Part shown: piece by piece, positions 38,701-52,087 of the stretch
Layout of the letters: each line of letters begins with the position of its first letter
Position numbering within the stretch: position 1 is the stretch's first letter
Origin: the human T2T-CHM13v2.0 reference genome, Homo sapiens
Assembly (NCBI RefSeq): GCF_009914755.1
Contig: NC_060931.1
Length of the DNA stretch: 64,000 nucleotides
Strand: one strand, 5' to 3'
Translations under genes and position numbers: made by a program
Notes under the pieces: model-generated
What the model saw: the letters and a program-made list of their open reading frames with translations, nothing else
The model's database searches: none
Told to the model about the DNA's origin: nothing

Positions 38701-39216
38701 GGAGGTGCCCTGACCAACGCGTGGTGACTGACAGGCGCCACAGTATCCTACAGACACCACGGTGACCGACGCCATGGTGACCGACGCCGCAGTGACCGAC
38801 ACCATGTCTGTCTCCACCCTGGATCCCCTGCACGCCCACTCTCTTCCTGCAGGAGTCTAATGTCAGGGTCTGGGAGAAGGAGGTTTTGATGCTTTGTGCA
38901 CCCAAACTGAACCTTCCTCCTGCGGACCGCCATGCAGCCCCGGAGCTCGTGTGCCGCACCCAGGCCAACGACCCTGGACCACTGCTAGTGGGGCTGTCCA
39001 CACCATCGACTCTTCCAGGCAGAAAATCAATAGAGGAAAACCACTGTATTCTGACAACTTATTTTTTGGCATAAGGATGAGACTGTACTGCTCACTATAA
39101 ACACTTTTTAAATGCCAGCAGCTAACTAAAGATCTAGGTACGGAAGGTCTATATAGCGTCACCTTTAAAAAGTGTGCCAAATAGGATCGGGAAGTGCCTC
39201 CAGCAGGAGCCGTGAA

Positions 39217-39431
39217 CCCGTGCTGACCCAGGCAGAGCTGGTTCTCTAATCTGATTGGATCTCAGATCCCGTGCCGACCCAGGCGGAACAGGCTCTCTAA
39301 CCTGATTTGACCTCAGATCCCGTGCCGACCCAGGCGGAGCTGGTTCTCTAATCTGATTCAGCCTCAGATCCCGTGCCGACCCAGGCGGAGCTGGTTCTCT
39401 AATCTGATTCGACCTCAGATCCCGTGCCGAC
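39217..39431. repeat. 51 bp x4 tandem repeat
   Basis: cccgtgccgacccaggcggagctggttctctaatctgattcgacctcagat. Confidence 0.93.
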
Positions 39432-40040
39432 ATGGACCACCAAGTTACCATGGGACCTGAGTTGCCCATCATGAACTGAATGTTTTCCGACCCACCAAGC
39501 CAGAAAGTTGGGTGTACACAGCAGCATTCCATCATCAAATGGAAGTGGTATGTGTCTGGGCCTAAGTAGGCCCTAAAGGCACAAGTTACATAAAGAAGTG
39601 CCGCCAATGCCAACGGTCCCCACTCCCGCTATGCTGCCTTCTCTCTCCCAGCCTGCACCTACAGTCTCCTGGAGAGTTCCCTAAAATCAGCTGACGGAGG
39701 AAGACCTGGGCCTGGATTACAGATGGTTCTGCATGATATGCAGGCCCCCACGTTAGTGGACAACTGCAGCACTACTGCCCCTTTCTGGAACATCCCTAAA
39801 AGGACAGCGGTGAAGGGAAATTCTCCAATGGGCAGAACTATAGGCTGTACATCTGGTTTACTTTGCTTGGAAAGAGAAATAGCCAAATGTGTGATTATTA
39901 CAAATTAATAGGCCATGGCCAATGGTTTGGCCAGATGCTCAGAGTCTTGAAGAAACATAATGGAAAATTGGTGACAAAGAGACTTGGGAAAGAGGGGTGT
40001 GGACAGACCTCTCTGAATGGGGAGAAGACGTGAACAGGAA
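39431..40040 (+). mobile_element. ERVL internal (pol tether/RNase H) fragment, disrupted
   Basis: Conceptual translation shows AWITDGSA*YAG and KDSGEGKFS.WAEL-like RNase H motifs; nucleotide match to recalled HERV-L pol. Confidence 0.8.
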
Positions 40041-40515
40041 GCTGCCTCCCAGACGGGACAGGTGCAGAGCTGGGACCTTCTGCAGGAGCCCAGCTGCCGG
40101 GGCGGAGGGAGGGCCTGGTGGAGTGTCCCCAAGATGCACCTGCAGAGCTGCTGGTCAGCCTGGGCCACGCTGGGGCTGGGGTCTGTATCTCAGGACCAGT
40201 GGAGTCACAGCCAGATTCCAACAGGAGAGGGTGACGGGGCCAGATTTGGTTTTGTCGAGTCCTCTTTGGGTTCAACGTGCACGGCGGGTGAGAAAGAAAG
40301 AGCCGTGATGCTGGTGCGCAAGAGAGAAGGCCCCGCAGTGCGGAGGCAAGAGGCTCAGATGGCCTGGACCAGGGTGGGAGAAGGGAAGAGGGGAGAAGGG
40401 GAGACAGCATGGATGGAGCCATAGGAGGGGAGACAGCTGGCCATGGAGGGAGCCGGGTGGGGCACAGAGCCCACTGAGCTGCCGGGCTGGCGAGACATGG
40501 CTCAGGCCCAACCAT

Positions 40516-40790
40516 GGCCACCCCCCTGCCTCAAGTGCCTCCCACGGCCGCCTCCCTGTCTCGAGTCCCTCCCAGGGCCACCTCCCTGCCTGAAGTCCCT
40601 CCCAGGGCTGCCCCCCTGTCTCGAGTCCCTCCCAGGGCCACCTCCCTGCCTCAAGTCCCTCCCACGGCCGACCCCCTGCCTCAAGTCCCTCCCAGGGCCA
40701 CCTCCCTGCCTCAAGTCCCTCCCACAGCCGCCCCCTGCCTCGCGTCCCTCCCACGGCCACCCCCCTGCCTCGCGTACTTCCCACGGCCGC
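40516..40790. repeat. 30 bp x~9 minisatellite
   Basis: ggccacctccctgcctcaagtccctcccag. Confidence 0.93.
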
Positions 40791-41367
40791 TCCCAGCAGG
40801 ATGGGCTGGACTGTCGGGGATGCTGAGGTTTGGGAGAGTTTTTGTTTACTTCTTCTTCCTCTTTTTCCTGCCCCACCCCCATGCCACTCCTTCTCGCCTT
40901 CTTCTCTTCTAATGTACAAGCAACCGTGAACATGTTTACCCATCGGGGCTATAACCCCACACCACCTGAAATCTTCTTAAATGATAATAAATCCATCATG
41001 CTAAAGATATTCTTTTAAGACCACAAAGCAAAGAGGAGCAAGTGACAAGGCAGGGCATGTCCGCCCTCAGGAGGGGCCTCTACAGAGGTGAGGACTGCGC
41101 TTTCTGAACAGGAAGTCACAACACAGCGTGGAGGCTGAAGAACAAAACAGAACCCCTGAAATCTGCCCTGGCGCCAGAAACACAGAATCCATCTTCAGCA
41201 TCCTCAGGGTTTCCTTTACTCTAACAAGGAAGGACGAGCAGGAAGCATCAGTCCGGACCTCGGCTGCACCCCGTCCTGGCACCCTGCTGGTTCTCGTGAT
41301 GCGCTCTTCTCGCTGAACCCCTGAGGGGCTCCTGAGCGGTGAGGCCTCCTGGGCAGCCACTAGGATT

Positions 41368-42104
41368 GGAACTTCCTCTCCACCACACCAGCCCCGGAGA
41401 GCGGGCGGCGGAACTTCCTCTCCGCCACACCAGCCCCCAGGACAGCGGGCGGCGGAACTTCCTCTCCGCCACACCAGCCCCCAGGACAGCGGGCGGCGGA
41501 GCTTCCTCTCCGCCACACCAGCCCCCAGGACAGCGGGCGGCGGAGCTTCCTCTCCGCCACACCAGCCCCCAGGACAGCGGGCGGCGGAGCTTCCTCTCCG
41601 CCACACCAGCCCCCAGGACAGCGGGCGGCGGAGCTTCCTCTCCGCCACACCAGCCCCCAGGACAGCGGCGGCGGAACTTCCTCTCCGCCACACCATCCCC
41701 GGAGAGCGGGCGGCGGAACTTCCTCTCCGCCACACCAGCCCCCAGGACAGCGGGCGGCGGAACTTCCTCTCCGCCACACCAGCCCCCAGGACAGCGGGCG
41801 GCGGAACTTCCTCTCCGCCACACCATCCCCGGAGAGCGGGCGGCGGAACTTCCTCTCCGCCACACCAGCCCCCAGGACAGCGGGCGGCGGAACTTCCTCT
41901 CCGCCACACCAGCCCCCAGGACAGCGGGCGGCGGAACTTCCTCTCCGCCACACCAGCCCCCAGGACAGCGGGCGGCGGAACTTCCTCTCCGCCACACCAG
42001 CCCCCGGAGAGCGGGCGGCGGAACTTCCTCTCCGCCACACCAGCCCCCAGGACAGCGGGCGGCGGAACTTCCTCTCCGCCACACCAGCCCCCGGAGAGCG
42101 GGCA
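41368..42104. repeat. CpG-rich VNTR, 42-44 bp, ~17 copies
   Basis: ggaacttcctctccgccacaccagcccccaggacagcgggcggc. Confidence 0.97.
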
Positions 42105-44322
42105 GTGGTTCCTGAGCACTCGGTGGGTTTCACATTTCACATCTCACAGTGAGCCGAGGAAGGGGCTGGGGGAACCTGCAGGGCCAGGGCACTCACTGAG
42201 GGTGGCAGATGGAGAGACCGAAGCCCCCACCTCCTTCCAGACTTCTGGTTCCAAAGTTCCTCTCCCTGGCCGGCGGATCCCTGCCTTCACTGGCCTCTCT
42301 GAATTCCACATTCCAACTGAACCCCCACAGAGGTGAGCACGCAGCAGCCCCTAACGGTGGCCCGGTACCATCTGCCATTTTGCTGCTTGCCTTCTCCGAG
42401 GTGCAAGAAAGTTTTGTCATAAGAAACACTTGAAGGAAGAAACATTTCAGCTGCAGCTGTCTCCCTTGTTAGCATTGAGAGGCATCGGAGAGGTCAACGC
42501 CGCCCCATGCCACTTTTTGCACATTCTTCCCTCAGCCGGCCTCCCCGCAAGACTCAGGGCTCCAACCTCTCCAGCTTCCCCTCGTGGAAATCCATTGGCT
42601 CCTCCTCTTTCAAGCAACACTGTGTTCTTCCCACTGCTGACAGAGGCTGCTCATCCGTGCACCTGTGCCCTGCGTCCTCCTCTGCGTGCACCCTGCGTCC
42701 TCCTCTGCTTGCGCCCTGCATCCTCTGCACGTGGCCCGGGCTCTGCTCCACCTGAGCCCCGTTCATCTCTCCACAGTCCAGGAGCCACACACTGCGGCTG
42801 CCACTCCAGAGACCAGGAAACCCAAGCACAGGGGCGTTTGCCACATTCTAGGTCTCGGGGCTGCCGTGGGACCCTGACCCTGGATGCCGGACTTCCGTGG
42901 GTCAAGGGCCCAGGCCACCTTCTCCAACAGCACTGTGGCCGCCACCCCAGACTCAAGCCTCTGCCTCAGCTCCCATGTTTTCCTGACTACAGGTTTCACT
43001 TCCCCAAAATCCACCTCACTGGCTCAGCGTGGTCGTTCCGCAGAATACATCCCAATCCAGTGGGGTCTGGGGTAGGCAGAGAGAGGCATGTGTGTGTGAG
43101 CCGTGGTCTCTGAAGCTCTTGCCTCTGGATTTAGAAGGCAGGTTCCTCTTTGCTGAGAGGTAAGGGGCTCCCTCCTCCCTATACCTGGTGTCCGTCCTGT
43201 GATTCCTTCTGGAAACCTAACATGAAATCATTTTAAAGTTGTCCTTGGAGGACTGGGGCGGCTGTCCTGCCCTTCGTCCAGTCTTCAAGAATCCCTCTAG
43301 TTTGTAAAAAGGATAAAAATGTAAATGGCAAAGGATTACTGTGTCCATCAGAAAATGTGAGAGAGAAAATCATGCCTGGAAAAGCCGAGCCCTACCATCC
43401 TCCCATCTGAACCTCAGCACCAAGAGCATGTGGATGCTGAGGTGACACCGAGTTCTAAACCACATTCCTCTCCTTTCTGTGGGACAACCAAATGTACAAA
43501 AGTCCCCCTTTTTTAAAGAATGCCATCTGTGTCTTGGAAATTAATAGCTGATCTGTTAAGGTTTAAGCTGAAATCTGGTGAAAAGTTGCCCAAGAGAATC
43601 ACAAATTATTAGTCTGATAATAGGGCAAAAACCTCAATCTCCTTGCAAGAAGAGAGGAGACCTCACCTAGTGCATCACACCTTGCTCAAGCAGTACAAAT
43701 TGCTGACAAAAAGCTGTGCTGTCTTCACCAGATAGCTTCCAACCAGTTGAAGTCGCAAAGGAAAAGAAAAGAAGTCAGCCAAGATAACATGATGATTTTT
43801 TTTTTCTTTAACCCACTGCTCATAGGAGGTAAATATTCCAGTCCAAAAGGCATGGCCGGCAAACCCACTACAAGAAAATAAACTCGAATGCAAAGAAAAG
43901 CCCTAGCTTTTTTCTACTGGAAAGTCACAAGCACAGACAGGAAATGACCCAATGTGATAGGTCTCCTTCCCCAGAAAGTGCGAGGCTGCTGCAGACAGGG
44001 GCCCTCCTGTCCTTCCCTCCAGGGTGAGCCCATTAGCAGCAATGGCACAGGATTGTCGGCTCTGAAGGTTCCCTAGCAAACCACACCGGCCTCCTGCTCT
44101 CCGGGTGAACACCTCGGCATCCATTTGGAAAGCCCTTAAAATGACCAGATCACTGGTTCTCTGGGGCACTCTCCTACCCCGGGGCAGGGATGGGCGGCCG
44201 TCCCCCTGCAAGGGTGGCTCAAGTCCCCAGGACACCTGCAGGGAAACACACAGTGTCCACGAACACAACATGGGGGCCTTCAGGAGAAAAGAGGGCTCCA
44301 GCACAGAGTGAGGAGACACAGG

Positions 44323-45016
44323 CAACCAAACACACACACACACACACAACATACCCCACACCACACCTACAACACACACCACACCATGCAACACACTATG
44401 TGCCACACACACCACATATACAACACACTGTGCACCATGCACACACACCACAAATACAATACACACCATGCCACACACTACACACCACACACAACACATA
44501 AACCACACAGCACACCACACACTACACACATACACTACACACCACACACATACAACACATACCACGCCACACACTACACACCACAAACAGATAAGCCACA
44601 CAGCACACCACACACGACACACAACAGACACCACACACTACACACCACACACTACACACCACACACAACACATAAACCACACAGGACACCACACACTACA
44701 CACATACTGTACACCACGCACTACACATAACACACACCACACAGCACACCACACACAAACAACACACACCACACACTACACACAACAGACATGCAACACA
44801 TACCACACCATGCAGCATACTACATACCACACACCACATATACAACACACTGTGCACCACAACACACAGCACACACACACACCATGCAACATACTACACA
44901 CCACACATACAACACACACTACACACAACACACATGCAACACATACCACATGCAACACACACCACACATCACTACATTACCACACACACATCACATAACA
45001 CCCACACCACACACAA
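44323..45016. repeat. Degenerate (CA/CAC)n tract
   Basis: Low-complexity C/A-rich sequence; UG-rich in the PTPRN2 pre-mRNA. Confidence 0.95.
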
Positions 45017-45689
45017 AGCAGTGTTTCCTAGCGAGGGAGACGTCCACAGCACAGGGCGTTTGACCACCCATAGGAATCGGTCATGATAATGGTCTGCGTC
45101 ACCCAGTGCTGAGGCAGGCGCCTCCCCTTGGCTCTGCTGGTGCAGACACGCAGCCTCAGAACACATCACTTAGGGCCTGCCTGTGATTCTCCACTGGGCT
45201 TGAGAGCAAAGAAATGAACAGCCATGAGAAGTTCCTGACTCTACAAACAGGAGAGCAAGGGCACAGACAGACACGTGGGACGCCTCCTCCAAGCAAAGAG
45301 CCTGGAAACGGGAAAGCTCATCCTGACTTATGTAAAGCAGTCTTGAGAAAATGGAGTCCATATTTTAGTGTAAGCTTCAAGTTTCTGCTGCTTACAACTT
45401 ACCTAAAGATACAACTAAGATAATCACCTACAGCTGAAAATCATCTTAAATTTTAATTTGGCTTTGATACACACTCTGCGGTTTGAGCTCAAGATAAAAT
45501 ATTTCTGCCCAATTATGATATGCAGCTAATTCTCCCTGATGAAATGTAGCATCTCCAGCACAGCGACAGCACCAGCCCGAGCACTGCGAGGCTCGCAGAG
45601 CCCGCAGGACAGATGGGTTCTAGCTGTCATGCAGCTCCCACCTCCAGTGCGAATGATCCTCAAAATAAGAGGTACTTCTTCACCAAGGA

Positions 45690-48282
45690 AGAAATACCCG
45701 AACAGACGCACATCATACTGATACACATCTACCCGACACACACACTCATATACACACATGCACATATGCACACACTTCTACCCAACACACACACTCATAC
45801 ACACTCACACACACATGTACATACAGATACACATCTACCCAACACACACTCATATACACACATGCACATATGCACAAACTTCTACCCAACACACACACTC
45901 ATACACACACACGTACATACAGATACACACATCTACCCCACATACACTCATATACACACATGCACATATGCACAAATCAATACACATCTACCCTACATAC
46001 ACACTCATATGCACATATGCACAAACCAATACACATCTACCTGACTCATACACACACACGTACATACAGACACACACATCTACCCAACACACACACACTC
46101 ATATACACACATGCACATACGCACAAACCAATACACATCTACCTGACATACTCATATACATACATGCACATATGCACAAACCAATACTCATCTACCCAAC
46201 ACACACACATACACACACGTACATACACACACATCTACCCAACACACACACTCATATACACGCATGCATATACACACAAACCGATACACATCTACCGACA
46301 CACACACTCATACACACTCATACACACACATGCATATGCACAAACTGACACATCTACCCAACACACACATATACACAAACACACATATGCAGAAATCGAC
46401 ACACTACCTGACATACTCATATACACACACTTATACACACACGTACATACAGACACCTGCCCAACACACACTCATACACACGCACATACACAGATACACA
46501 TCTACCAAACACACACTCATACGCACATACACACATACACACACAAAGAAATACCCGAACAGATGCACATCATACCAATACACATCTACCTGACATACAC
46601 ACTCATATACACACACGTACATACACACACACCCAACAAACACACATACATACACACGCAAATATGCATAGATACAAATACCTGAACAGATGCACATCAT
46701 AAAAATACACATCTACCCCACATACACACTCATACACACACATGCACATATGCACAAACCAATACACATCTACCCGACACACACATACACACACGTATAT
46801 ACAAACCAATACACATCTACCCAACACACACACACGAACATACAAACTGAAACACATCTACCTGACACACGCACTCATACACACACACTTATACACACAA
46901 ACCAATACACATCTACCCGACACACACACTCATACACACACACGGGTACATACAAACTGATACACAGCTACCCGACATACACACTCATACACACACACGA
47001 ACATACAAACCAATACACATCTACCCGACATACACACTCATACACACATGCACATACACACAAACCGATACACATCTACCCGACACACACTCATACACAC
47101 ATGCAAATATGTACAGATACACATCTACCCAACACACTCATACACACACATGCACATACGCACAAACCGATACACATCTACCCGACATACACACTCATAC
47201 ACACACACGCAAATACGCAAATACACACATCTACCCAACACACACACACACAAATACCTACAAACTGATACACATCTACCTGACATACACACACATGGGC
47301 ATATACACAAACCAATACACATCTACCTGACACACATACACACACATGCAAATACGCACAGATACACATCTACCCAACACACACTCACACACATGTAAAT
47401 ATGCATAGATACACATCTATATGACATATACACTCATACACACACAAATATGCACAAACCGATACACATCTACCTGACATACACACACACGCACATATGC
47501 ACAGATACACACACCTATCCAACACACATACACACACGTACATACACAGATACACATCTACCAAACACACACACATATACACACACACGCACAGATACAC
47601 ACAACGAAATACCCGAACAGATGCACATCATACGGATAACACATCTACCCGACATACACACTCATACACACACACACGCACAAACTGATACACATCTACC
47701 CGACATACACACTCATACACACACATGCAAATAAGCACAAACCAATACACATCTACCCGACATACACTCATACACACACATGCAAATAAGCACAAACCAA
47801 TACACATCTACCCGACACACACTCATACACACATGCATATGCACAAACATATCGACACCACACTCGTATACACACACGCACGCACATGCACATACAGATG
47901 CACACACATTTACCCAACGTACACTCATATACACACAACGCATACACAGACATCTATCCAACACACTCATATACACACATGCATATGCACAGATACGTCT
48001 ACCCAACATACACACTCATATACACAGATGCAGATACACATCTACCCTACACACTCATATACACACAGATACACACACATCTACCCAACACACATTCATA
48101 TACATACGCACAGATACACATTTACCCAACATACACTATACACACACGCACATACACATCTACCCAACACACACTCATATACACACACATGCGTATGCAG
48201 ATACACACACATCTACCCAACATACACACTCATACACACACACACCTACCCAACATACACTCATATACACACACATACAAAC
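45690..48282. repeat. 2.6-kb (CA)-rich complex repeat with a recurring atacacatctaccc module
   Basis: Seen directly; the anchor aaatacc(c/t)gaacaga(c/t)gcacatcata recurs at ~45691, 46548, 46676 and 47606. Confidence 0.95.
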
Positions 48283-49068
48283 GTGTGGGTGTGTGTACAG
48301 CCAGGCAGACACGTCCTTCTCTTTGAAACACCAATTCTATCACTTGAAGAAAACACAACACTTGTACAAAGCAAAGCATCAAATGTCAGATTCATTAACG
48401 GGGTGACCTGAGAACGGGCCAGCCACTTGTGCCTTGCTGGGCCCGTGATGTCTGAATTCTGAGACTCGTTAAGTTCAGATCGACATGAGGGCGGGGAAAG
48501 AGGCTCGCTGCTGTGAAGCCCCTTCTTCCTTCTGAAGGGCGCCTACGCCAGGATATTTGGGCCACTTTGGTGCAAAACAGATAAAGCACCTGGAGTCCTT
48601 CCTAACAGGCAGGAGGAGTCCGGGGTGCAGCAGTTTCCAGGGCCGCGTCCCATCCCGCATTCCCGCGCGGGCCGTGCTCAGGCTTTGCTGTACACTTACC
48701 TGCCCCGAGACCCCACCCTGCCTGGCCGCCGCTGAAGGTGATTCTGACCCGCAGAGAGGCGCGGCCTGCAGGTGACCAGTCAGGACCAAAAACCCAGGAA
48801 GGGATTTGCTTGGTTTGGTTTTGTTTGATGCCCTTCAGAGAACGGCTCTCCAGCTCTGGAGCCCAGCTCAGAAGCATCAGGAGGAGCCACTGTCCAGGCA
48901 CCTGGCTGCCCTCCGCGCCTGAGACTCCAGGGATGCCTGCACCCCATTATTCAGTTGAAGACACTTAAAAGCGTATGCATCCGCCACAGCAAGGAGGCGC
49001 CCCACCTCCAGCCTGCTGGGACAAGCCCTCCCTCGGCACACAGGAGCTGAGCCAGGGCTGCTACTCAC

Positions 49069-49451
49069 TCTCTGTCTGTCACGATGTAGCCCCGCGCCTC
49101 TTCCTCGGAAGGCTGGACCTCCAATTGCAGGCCGTCGCTGAGGGCCTCCTGAGCACCCGCTGGAAGGCTCTGCTCCTCCTTCGAGGGCCCAGGCATCTGG
49201 TTTTGGAGCTCCCCAAACGCAGCGGCCCCGGGCTCCGAATGCGGCTGCTGCCCCAGCAGATCTTTGGAATACGTCTGGCTCTTGACGTTCTCCACTCCGG
49301 CAGTCTCCTCTTCTGAAGACAGGGAAGACTCAGGGTGCTCGGACTTCTTCCTCTCCATGTCGAGGGGCCTTGCAAAGGGGAGGGCTCCAGGTAAGAGTCG
49401 AGACCCGTGGTCCTGCAGGAGGCCCCCGAGTGTGGCACTCAGACGATGGAC
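49069..49451 (-). CDS. PTPRN2: PTPRN2 internal coding exon (383 nt, phase 0-2; probably exon 9)
   Basis: ctctctgtcag|GTCCATCGT...GACAGAGA|gtgagt. Encodes [10 protein letters not shown]...MERKKSEHP...[12 protein letters not shown], which includes a basic RKK motif consistent with a proprotein-convertase site. Confidence 0.96.
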
Positions 49452-49835
49452 CTGACAGAGAGGACATTCCGTGAGGGACGTCTGCGAAAGGAATGCTGAT
49501 GTGACACATGCAATCAAGGGCTGCCCGGGACAGAGTCACTGTGGGGATGACATGGGCAGCCTGGAAGGAGAGTGTGGGAGGAAGGCGAAGTGTGTGCAGT
49601 CTATATTTAGAATGATGTCTAGCCGAGCATGAGGTGTGAGGGCGCTGAGTATCCGAATCACTTACGTGCTGTTTTCTCCTCCCTCCCGCTCCCTCTCACA
49701 CACATGCTCACACACACACCTCTCTGAAGAATCAGATTTTGTAGAGTTTGTGTAGGTCTTTGGCATTGATATTTTTAAAAATAAACTGTGTGATATCAAG
49801 ATCCCACCCCAGCCCTCTAGAAGCAATGAACACTA

Positions 49836-50030
49836 AATAATAATAATAATAATAACAAATTTGCAACGACTGAGCTCTTCCAGCACACAAAGGCACTGTA
49901 CTAAATGCGTTATCTGCATGAACACACTGAGTCCTCACGTAAGCCTGTGGGTGGGGCACCCTCAGTAACCCCAGTTCACAGAAGGGGAGACGGAGGCACA
50001 AAGCGATTAACCCACAAGTGGGCACATCAC
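49836..50030. mobile_element. MIR
   Basis: (taa)n...ggcactgtactaaatgc...cccagttcacagaaggggagacggaggcacaaag. Confidence 0.65.
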
Positions 50031-51479
50031 AGGGATGTGTAATTGATTCTAACGATACCTGAGGGATCTGTGGTCCTCACACGGGCTACAGTCTCCCAGC
50101 CGGATCCCCTTTTCCTGGACAAGCCATCCCTCGGAACCCCCTGGCACCTCTGCTGACTATGCACCGGGTACAGATTTGCTTTGTGTGGGTTCTCATGTAA
50201 TTACTACTCCAACCCCATAAATAAAGGGTGAGTTTCACCTTTAATTTGTAGACTCTGGAGTTTACAGAGGTTAAATATCAAATTATTGGTACCAGATCAC
50301 AAAAGTCGTGATTATCAGATCCAGAATTGGAACTCAGGTCTAAGGGCCATCAAAGACATGATCTCCACCCCTGGGCCGCACTGCCCTCCCAGGCACCCTA
50401 CACTGCTTCCTAGGAAAGACCGGGTCTGCTCCTGCCACTGGCACATACCAGGCAACCCACGGACACCTCCTGGTGCATGTGATGCCAAAAGTCTTATGTC
50501 TACTTGGCAGGGTTTTTTTCCAACCATGAAATTATATCTTCAATATTATATTAGATGTAAACAGGAAAATCTGATTCACTTTACAACTCACTTTGCCAAA
50601 ACACACTTTTAAGAAAATTAAGGAAGGACTATAGAGGCAATTATTCCCATTTTGGCTACAAATTACAACTTTTCCTTTTGTATTTTTTAAAATTTAAACA
50701 AAATAGTAGTGTGATAAAAACACTGCTCAAATTTGGATCCTCAATGACAATAGGATGTAGCCGTTGACGTTACTAAACAGAGCTAGGAAAAAGCATAATA
50801 TTGTCACTTAAATTGTGTTTCATGTGAGAAGAAAAAGAAAGATGTTTTTAAATAAATAAGAAGTCAGAAAATACAACACTCACATACCCTTTTTGAGAAA
50901 CAGAATTGCTTGAAAATACACCCCAAACAACAGAGAACTGAGTCAGAATTCCACGCATGGAGGATGAAAAGCCTGTGGTCTAAAAGTCAGGGAGTCTTAG
51001 GCTAACGGCAGCCCCCCAGAGCGCTCCCTGCCCCTCAGGTGGGAGGGCTGGGTCTCCCCGACTCCCTAAATTAGGAAATGTGTTTCTCAGCCCCACTTCT
51101 CCCTCCACAGCTCAGACAGCAGGTCCCATCATTTCTGATGGATATTCAAAACCAGAACTGCTGATGTTTTCTTCCTGCACTTGCCAACAGGCATGGAACC
51201 ACTAACCAGTAAGAGAATCTGAGGAGAGAATGACTAACCAAAGACTCTTCTTTCTCCACCCCCAAAACTGGGTTTCCCAGAACCATGCAATGTCACTGCT
51301 GTTGCTTAGAACGGTTCTTCATCCTTCGGCCTTGTATTCACGACCAAAGGTTCTTAAAGGGAGAGAAACTAAGAGGCTAAAAGACTTAACAGGGAAGGCC
51401 AGTGTCTAGCTCGTGGACATCGCCTGCGACTGGGCCCTTCTTCTGACTGCCTCCGGAGCAGCAGTGCCCACGGGGGCTC

Positions 51480-51668
51480 TGGGATGGTGGACCGTCCTCT
51501 TCCTGTGGCATCCAGCGCCTTGGCCCTGAGCCACATGCGACTAACGTGCCGCCGACCTGAACCCAGTGCGGCCAAGGCACTGCATCTTTCATTTATTTAA
51601 TTTTATTCAATTTAAATATAGGTTTAGATGGCCACATGTGGCCAGAGGTGCCACACGGGACAGCCAGG
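51480..51668. mobile_element. MER3/MER33-like hAT-Charlie MITE relic
   Basis: agccacatgcgact...AT-rich core...ggccacatgtggcc...gggacagc. Confidence 0.55.
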
Positions 51669-52046
51669 TGTGAGTGAGCTGAACCCCTCAGGAATCCGCA
51701 CATGCAGGAGGCATCAAATGTGCAAAGTGGGCACAGGCTGCCGTGTGATAATCCTGGCTGGGAAATTCCAGGAAAAATTAATTTTCTTCTTTGCATTTAC
51801 CACGACTTTCATATTTCTACCATGGATAAATTAGGTTATAATTTGAAAAGAGATATTTCGTATCCAAATATACACACTTTTGTATGTTCTCTTTATACTG
51901 TTTTTCAATTTGGAGATTATGAGGGGTTTCTCCATAATTTTCTGGGAAAAAAACTTTTGTATTTCATAAATGTTCCCACACCATGAACAAAAAGATCACC
52001 AACTTCCACATTTAACATGAAACAAACACCAGAGACGTCATCTTAC

Positions 52047-52087
52047 CTCTTGGTAAAGTCTATCATCGTCGTCCTGCACTCCGTCAT
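52047..52087 (-). CDS. PTPRN2: PTPRN2 internal coding exon (41 nt, phase 1-0; probably exon 8)
   Basis: gtgtcttttacag|ATGACGGA...CAAGAG|gtaaga. Encodes (D)DGVQDDDDRLYQE and bridges the flanking exons in frame. Confidence 0.95.

Noticed and set aside
43903-48411. His/Thr- and Cys/Val-rich ORFs
   Set aside because: Translations of (CA)n/(TG)n low-complexity DNA.
49065-49517. 150-aa ORF (and the 176-aa ORF at 53555-54085) as stand-alone genes
   Set aside because: They are PTPRN2 exons plus intronic read-through; splice sites define the true limits. Extending the 383-nt exon to the 48700 donor meets an immediate TGA.
51513-51582. 13-bp inverted repeat (cagcgccttggcc / ggccaaggcactg) as a possible pre-miRNA
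   Set aside because: The stem is short with a mismatch and a 44-nt loop, and it lies within a MER3-like relic.
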